Both the position numbers and the translations under genes were made by a program. A DNA stretch of 64,000 bases from Laetmonice hystrix (Eukaryota), in NCBI GenBank assembly GCA_965235115.1, contig OZ249436.1:28708001-28772000 (forward strand), in the 5' to 3' direction. Shown here piece by piece: positions 56,587-64,000 of the stretch; the stretch's first letter is position 1; every line of letters starts with the position of its first letter. The notes below the pieces were generated by a model, which had not been told where the DNA came from, did no database searches, and worked only from the letters and a program-made list of their open reading frames with translations.

Positions 56587-58268
56587 CTAGAGCGATGGGT
56601 TGCTGGGCAACACCAAATCCCATTTCCTGTATCATGGGAGGGCAAGGACAAAAGCAGGTGACATTTAAGAAAAAACATCTAAACTTAATTCCTATGCATG
56701 TTTAATAGTACCTATGTGCTTATCATCCATCGTTTCCAAGATACAAAATCTATATATTGGCGGGACATAGATTTGACCTTTCAAGGTCACTGTATTGAAA
56801 TAAAGATGGCGCCGAATGAAAGGCCATATATGACTTCCTATCCATGATTAATAGTAATCATGGACCTAGCTTGCACGGTTTCCAAGATACAGAGCTCTGA
56901 ATATTGGCAGGTCACCAATTTGACCTTTCAAGGTCACTCCAGAGAAAAAAAGATGGCGCCAACTGAAAGCCCATATATGACTTCCTATATATGATTAACA
57001 GTAACCACGGGCCTAACATGCACGGTTTCCAAGATACAGAGCTCTGAATATTGGCAGGTCACCAATTTGACCTTTCAAGGTCGCTCCAGAGAAATAAAAA
57101 TGGCGCCAAATGAAAGGCCATATATGACTTCCTATCCATGTTTTATAGTAACTATTGGCCTATTGTGCATGGTTTCCAAGATACAGAGCTTTGAATATTG
57201 GCAGGTCACGGATTTGACCTTTCAAGGTCACTCCAGAGAAATAAAAATGGCGCCAAATGAATTGCCATATATATCTTCCTATCTATGTTTATTAGTAACT
57301 ATAGGCCTATTATGCACGGTTTCAAAGATACGGAGCATTGAATATATGTAGGTCATGGATTTGACCTTTCAAGGTCACTGTAGCGAAGTACAAATGGCGC
57401 CAAATGAAAGGCCATATATGACTTCCTATCTATGTTTAATAGTAACTATGGGCCTATTGTGCACGGTTTCCAAGATACAGAGCATTGAATATATGTAGGT
57501 TATGGATTTGACCTTTCAAGGTCACTGTAGCGAAGTACAAATGGCGCCAAATGAAAGGCCATATATGACTTCCTATCCTTGATTAATAGCAACTATTGGC
57601 CTATTATGCATTGTTTTCATGTTACAGGTGATCATATATTGGAACTAATTTTGCCAAAGGTCAAAGGTCACAGGGTCAATTATGAAAAAAATCATTGAAA
57701 CATGTTTTATGTATGACAGGCTAACACACCTGTCTAAAATAAGCTTAGATATTGCTTAGATATTGCATAGATGCAAAATGTTATATTCTCTATGCAAACA
57801 TACCATATTCGCATGTTTAAAGTCACGTGACAGGGTGAAACTAGGTCAAATCGAAAAAATCCAGCCATACTTTTAAGCACCCTCGTATCAGGAGCCTCTC
57901 TACCCAATTTGGTGAAATTTTATTGAAAAATGAGGGAGAAGATACGTTTTAAGCGTTTTCCTACCTCTGACCTAATTTCGACTAAGGTCAAAGGTCACAG
58001 GTCAACTTCACCTAGAAAATTATTAGTCGACTTAATGTCCATCAGATGGCAGTAACGCTTTTTGCATATCTTCTCAGAGCACCATGAAAATGGACTTCAA
58101 AATTTAGCTGAAAAACGCCAATATTACGTCATAAAACGTCCAAATTACGTCCTATGACGTAATGCATCTGGGTGCCAGGTGTCCTTGCCTAGGTGAACCT
58201 TCTGTCCAAGTTTCATTCAGATACCTTAAAAACTGAGCGAACGGCCAGCCTTGTCTTACTACAGGAAG
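56587..58268 (-). mobile_element. Family B body 26
   Basis: Same termini and internal array. Confidence 0.85.
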
Positions 58269-58288
58269 AATAATAATAATAATAATAA

Positions 58289-60266
58289 CTAGAGCGATGG
58301 GTTGCTGGGCAACACCAAATCCCATTTCCTGTATCATGGGAGGGCAAGGACAAAAGCAGGTGACATTTAAGAAAAAACATCTAAACTTAATTCCTATGCA
58401 TGTTTAATAGTACCTATGTGCTTATCATCCATCGTTTCCAAGATACAAAATCTATATATTGGCGGGACATAGATTTGACCTTTCAAGGTCACTGTATTGA
58501 AATAAAGATGGCGCCGAATGAAAGGCCATATATGACTTCCTATCCATGATTAATAGTAATCATGGACCTAGCTTGCATGGTTTCCAAGATACAGAGCTCT
58601 GAATATTGGCAGGTCACCAATTTGACCTTTCAAGGTCACTCCAGAGAAAAAAAGATGGCGCCAACTGAAAGCCCATATATGACTTCCTATATATGATTAA
58701 CAGTAACCACGGGCCTAACATGCACGGTTTCCAAGATACAAAGCTCTGAATATTGGCAGGTCACCAATTTGACCTTTCAAGGTCACTCCAGAGAAAAAAA
58801 GATGGCGCTAACTGAAAGCCCATATATGACTTCCTATATATGATTAACAGTAACCACGGGCCTAACATGCACGGTTACCAAGATACAGAGCTCTGAATAT
58901 TGGCAGGTCACCAATTTGACCTTTCAAGGTCACTCCAGAGAAATAAAAATGGCGCCAAATGAAAGGCCATATATGACTTCCTATCCATGTTTAATAGTAA
59001 CTATTGGCCTATTGTGCATGGTTTCCAAGATACAGAGCTTTGAATATTGGCAGGTCACGGATTTGACCTTTCAAGGTTTACAGAGAAATAAAAATGGCGC
59101 CAAATGAATTGCCATATATATCTTCATATCTATGTTTATTAGTAACTATGGGCCTATTATGCACGGTTTCAAAGATACGGAGCATTGAATATATGTAGGT
59201 CATGGATTTGACCTTTCAAGGTCACTGTAGCGAAGTACAAATGGCGCCAAATGAAAGGCCATATATGACTTCCTATCCTTGATTAATAGTAACTATGGGC
59301 CTATTGTGCATGGTTTCCAAGATACAGAGCATTGAATATATGTAGGTCATGGATTTGACCTTTCAAGGTCACTGTAGCGAAGTACAAATGGCGCCAAATG
59401 AAAGGCCATATATGACTTCCTATCCTTGATTAATAGCAACTATTGGCCTATGATGCATTGTTTTCATGTTACAGGCGATTCCATATATTGCAACTAATTT
59501 TGCCAAAGGTCAAAGGTCACAGGGTCAATTATGAAAAAAATCATTGAAACATGTTTTATGTATGGCAGGCTAACACACCTGTCTTAAATAAGCTTAGATA
59601 TTGCTTAGATATTGCATAGATGCAAAATGTTATATTCTCTATGCAAACATACCATATTCGCATGTTTAAAGTCACGTGACAGGGTGAAACTAGGTCAAAT
59701 CGAAAAATCCAGCCAAACTTTTAAGCACCCTCCTATCAGGACCCTCTGTGCCCAATTTGGTGAAATTTTATTGAAAATTGAGGGAGAAGATACGTTTTAA
59801 GCGTTTTCCTACCTCTGACCTAATTTCGACTAAGGGCAAAGGTCACAGGTCAACTTCACCTAGAAAATTATTAGTGGACTTAATGTTCATCAGATGGCAT
59901 TAACGCTTTTTGAGTATCTTCTCAGAGCACTATAAAAAACGACTTCAAACTTTAGCTGAAAAACGCCAATATTACGTCATAAAACGTCCAAATTACGTCC
60001 TATGACGTAATGCATCTGCGTGCCAGGTGTCCTTGCCTAGGTGAACCTTCTGTCCAAGTTTCATTCAGATACCTTAAAAACTGAGCGAACGGCCAGCCTT
60101 GTCTTACTACAGGAAGAATAATAATAATAATAATAATAGTGTACACGAAACCATACAACAACAAGATCCCATTTCCACAGAGTGGAAATGGGATAATAAT
60201 AATAATAATAGTGTACACGAAACCATACAACAACAAAATCCCATTTCCACAGAGTGGAAATGGGAT
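58289..60266 (-). mobile_element. Family B complete element (body 27) with two hairpin modules (60139, 60211)
   Basis: Both ends present plus one extra module. Confidence 0.88.
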
Positions 60267-60274
60267 AATAATAA

Positions 60275-61477
60275 CCAGAGAAATAAAAATGGCGCCAAAT
60301 GAAAGGCCATATATGACTTCCTATCCATGTTTAATAGTAACTATTGGCCTATTGTGCATGGTTTCCAAGATACAGAGCTTTGAATATTGGCAGGTCACGG
60401 ATTTGACCTTTAAAGGTCACTCCAGAGAAATAAAAATGGCGCCAAATGAAATGCCATATATGACTTCCTATCTATGTTTATTAGTAACTATGGGCCTATT
60501 GTGCACGGTTTCAAAGATACAGAACATTGAATATATGTAGGTCATGGATTTGACCTTTCAAGGTCACTGTAGCGAAGTACAAATGGCGCCAAATGAAAGG
60601 CCATATATGACTTCCTATCTATGTTTAATAGTAACTATGGGCCTATTGTGCACGGTTTCCAAGATACCGAGCATTGAATATATGTAGGTCATGGATTTGA
60701 CCTTTCAAGGTCACTGTAGCGAAGTACAAATGGCGCCAAATGAAAGGCCATAATATGGCCATATAATATATTATATGACTTCCTATCCTTGATTAATAGC
60801 AACTATTGGCCTATTATGCATTGTTTTCATGTTACAGGTGATCATATATTGGAACTAATTTTGCCAAAGGTCAAAGGTCACAGGGTCAATTATGAAAAAA
60901 ATCATTGAAACATGTTTTATGTATGACAGGCTAACACACCTGTCTAAAATAAGCTTAGATATTGCTTAGATATTGCATAGATGCAAAATGTTATATTCTC
61001 TATGCAAACATACCATATTCGCATGTTTAAAGTCACGTGACAGGGTGAAACTAGGTCAAATCGAAAAAATCCAGCCATACTTTTAAGCACCCTCGTATCA
61101 GGAGCCTCTCTACCCAATTTGGTGAAATTTTATTGAAAAATGAGGGAGAAGATACGTTTTAAGCGTTTTCCTACCTCTGACCTAATTTCGACTAAGGTCA
61201 AAGGTCACAGGTCAACTTCACCTAGAAAATTATTAGTCGACTTAATGTTCATCAGATGGCAGTAACGCTTTTTGCATATCTTCTCAGAGCACCATGAAAA
61301 TGGACTTCAAAATTTAGCTGAAAAACGCCAATATTACGTCATAAAACGTCCTAATTACGTCCTACGACGTAATGCATCTGGGTGCCAGGTGTCCTTGCCT
61401 AGGTGAACCTTCTGTCCAAGTTTCATTCAGATACCTTAAAAACTGAGCGAACGGCCAGCCTTGTTTTACTACAGGAA

Positions 61478-61515
<38 letters not shown>

Positions 61516-61703
61516 GTGTACACGAAACCATACAACAACAAAATCCCATTTCCACAGAGTGGAAATGGGATAATAATAATAGTGTACACGAAACCATACA
61601 ACAACAAAATCCCATTTCCACAGAGTGGAAATGGGATAATAATAATAGTGTACACGAAACCATACAACAACAAAATCCCATTTCCACAGAGTGGAAATGG
61701 GAT
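60275..61703 (-). mobile_element. Family B body 28 (truncated on the CTAG side) + three hairpin modules (61516, 61582, 61648)
   Basis: Same truncation junction as body 12. Confidence 0.85.
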
Positions 61704-61713
61704 AATAATAATA

Positions 61714-61770
61714 GTGTACACCCAAACCGTACAATTTCAGGATCCCGTTCCTCAGTCGGAGGAACGGGAT
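61714..61770 (-). mobile_element. Displaced terminal hairpin module of element A
   Basis: GTGTACACCCAAACCGTACAATTTCAGG-ATCCCGTTCCTC-AGTCG-GAGGAACGGGAT; the stem equals the motif at 9518-9529. Confidence 0.9.
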
Positions 61771-64000
61771 AAAAATCAACAATGATGAATTTGGTTGAGT
61801 GGTTAGAGGTAATGTCTTAGGGCCAGACAGCCGTATCATGGGGATTAGGAAGAGGGAAGGTGTTGGCTGAGTCGTTCGGGATAATGTCTTAAGGCCAGTC
61901 GGCCATATCATGGGGATTGTGAAGGGATGAAGTTGTTGGCTGAGTGGTTCGGTGTAATGTCTGAGGGCCAGTCAGCCATATCATGGGGATTGGGAAGAGG
62001 GAGGGTGTTGGCTGAGTAGTTCAGGGTAATGTCTGAGGGACAGTCAGCCATATCATGGGGATTGGGAAGGGGGAGGGTGTTGGCTGAGGGGTTCGGGGTA
62101 ATGTCTAAGGGCAGTCAGCCATATCATGGGGATTGGGAAGAGGGAGGGTGTTGGCTGAGTGGTTTGGGGTAATGTCTAAGGGCCAGTCAGCCATATCATG
62201 GGGATTGGGTAGAGGGAGGGTGTTGGCTGAGTGGTTCGGGGTAATGTCTAAGGGCCAGTCAGCCATATCATTTGGATTGGAAAGAGGGAGGGTGTTGGCT
62301 GAGTGGTTCGGGGTACTGTCTAAGGGCCAGTCAGCCATATCATGGGGATTGGAAAGAGGGAGGGTGTTGGCTGAGTGGTTCAGGGTAATGTCTGAGGGAC
62401 AGTCAGCCATATCATGGGGATTGGGAAGAGGGAAGGGCCAGTCAGCCATATCATGGGGATTGGGAAGAGGGAGGGTGTTGGCTGAGTGGTTCGAGGTAAT
62501 GTCTAAGGGCCAGTCAGCCATATCATGGGGATTGGGTAGAGGGAGGGTGTTGGCTGAGTGGTTCGGGGTAATGTCTAAGGGCCAGTCAGCCATATCATTT
62601 GGATTGGAAAGAGGGAGGGTGTTGGCTGAGTGGTTCGGGGTACTGTCTAAGGGCCAGTCAGCCATATCATGGGGATTGGAAAGAGGGAGGGTGTTGGCTG
62701 AGTGGTTCAGGGTAATGTCTGAGGGACAGTCAGCCATATCATGGGGATTGGGAAGAGGGAGGGTGTTGGCTGAGTGGTTCGGGGTAATGTCTGAGGGCCA
62801 GTCAGCCATATCATGGGGATTGGGAAGAGGGAGGGTGTTGGCTGAGTGGTTCGGGTAAAGTCTGAGGGCCAGTCAGCTATATCATGGGGATTGGGAAGAG
62901 GGAGGGTGTTGGCTGAGTGGTTCGGGGCAATGCTGAGGGCCAGTCAGCCATATCATGGGGATAGGGAAGAGGGAGGGTGTTGGCTGAGTTGTTCGGGGTA
63001 ATGTCTAAGGGACAGTCAGCCATATCATGGGGATTGGGTAGAGGGAGGGTGTTGGCTGAGTGGTTCGGGGTAATGTCTAAGGGCCAGTCAGCCATATCAT
63101 GGGGATTGGAAAGAGGGAGGGTGTTGGCTGAGTGGTTCAGGGTAATGTCTGAGGGACAGTCAGCCATATCATGGGGATTGGGAAGAGGGAGGGTGTTGGC
63201 TGAGTGGTTCGAGGTAATGTCTGAGGGACAGTCAGCCATATCATGGGGATTGGGAAGAGGGAAGGGCCAGTCAGCCATATCATGGGGATTGGGAAGAGGG
63301 AGGGTGTTGGCTGAGTGGTTCGAGGTAATGGGTAAGGGCCAGTCAGCCATATCATGGGGATTGGGAAGAGGGAGGCTGTTGACTGAGTGGTTCGGGGTAA
63401 TGTCTAAGGGCCAGTCAGCCATATCATGGGGATTGGGAAGAGGGGGGGGTTGGCTGAGTGGTTCAGGGTAATGTCTAAGGGCCAGTCAGCCATATCATGG
63501 GAATTGGGAAGAGGGAGGGTGTTGGCTGAGTGGTTCGGGGCATTGTCTAAGGGCCAGTCAGCCATATCATGGGGATAGGGAAGAGGGAGGGTGTTGGCTG
63601 AGTGGTTCGGGGTAATGTCTGAGGGCGAGTCAGCCATATCATGGGGATTGGGAAGAGGGAGGGTGTTGGCTGAGTGGTTCGGGGTAATGTCTGAGGGACA
63701 GTAAGCCATATCATGGGGATTGGGAAGGGGGAAGGGTATTGGCTAAGTGGTTCGGGGTAATGTCTAAGGGCCAGTCAGCCATATCATGGGGATTGGGAAG
63801 AGGGAGGGTGTTGGCTAAGTGGTTTGGGGTAATGTCTAAGGGCCAGTCAGCCATATCATGGGGATTGGGAAGAGGGAGGGTGTTGGCTGAGTGGTTCGGG
63901 GTAATGTCTAAGGGCCAGTCAGCCATATCATTTGGATTGGGAAGAGGGAGGGTGTTGGCTGAGTGGTTCGGGGTAATGTCTGAGGGACAGTCAGCCATAT
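61771..64000 (+). repeat. Resumption of the 72-bp minisatellite higher-order unit
   Basis: 61771-61950 matches 8013-8190; diagnostic variants at ~62850-62940 match ~8620-8710. Confidence 0.95.

Larger units (their letters stand above)
9487..61770 (-). mobile_element. Compound nested insertion bounded by the two ends of HINE-like element A
   Basis: Empty site TATAGT-AAAAATCAAC at 8007-8022; filled site TATAGT-AA-CTAG...GGGAT-AAAAATCAAC. The end motif ATCCCGTTCCTC (9518-9529) matches the hairpin at 61742-61770. Confidence 0.9.

Noticed and set aside
11535..60540. Recurrent ORFs (MTFQGHSREIK..., MHRCK..., MDRKSY..., poly-I/N/Y)
   Set aside because: By-products of the 147-bp (49-codon) repeat and AAT tracts; variable stops and frameshifts among copies; no recognisable domain.
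10891..61713. Telomeric or subtelomeric retrotransposon array
   Set aside because: Tracts are (AAT)n rather than a known telomere repeat, no RT is encoded, and both flanks are the same interrupted minisatellite.
9487..61770. Autonomous Helitron/Helentron Rep-helicase gene
   Set aside because: No long non-repetitive ORF or HUH/helicase motifs in the window; any mobilising enzyme must be encoded elsewhere.

Overview
Eukaryotic, repeat-only window with no intact host gene; a marine invertebrate is likely, but that is inference from repeat style. 1-4.2 kb holds decayed retroelement coding fragments (CR1/L2-type LINE endonuclease start; Gypsy protease/RT). The Gypsy remnant is interrupted by a 2.6-kb long-TIR foldback element with TAG...CTA termini. 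4.7-9.5 kb and 61.8-64 kb are two halves of one G-rich 72-bp minisatellite organised in ~1.5-kb higher-order units. Between them lies a single ~52.3-kb compound insertion (9487-61770), whose empty site is preserved in the neighbouring higher-order copy (8007-8022). The insertion is a Russian-doll cluster of non-autonomous Helentron-like (HINE/DINE-1-type) elements. An outer element (family A, carrying two tRNA-derived Pol III modules) is split at its (AAT)n tract, leaving its 57-bp terminal hairpin module ~51 kb away. Inside that tract are 28 same-orientation bodies of family B (internal 147-bp tandem repeats), 18 detached B terminal modules, and 2 bodies of family C (~589-bp repeats). All counts and coordinates were read by eye. 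Nearly all ORFs in the track are artefacts of repeats whose length is a multiple of 3.
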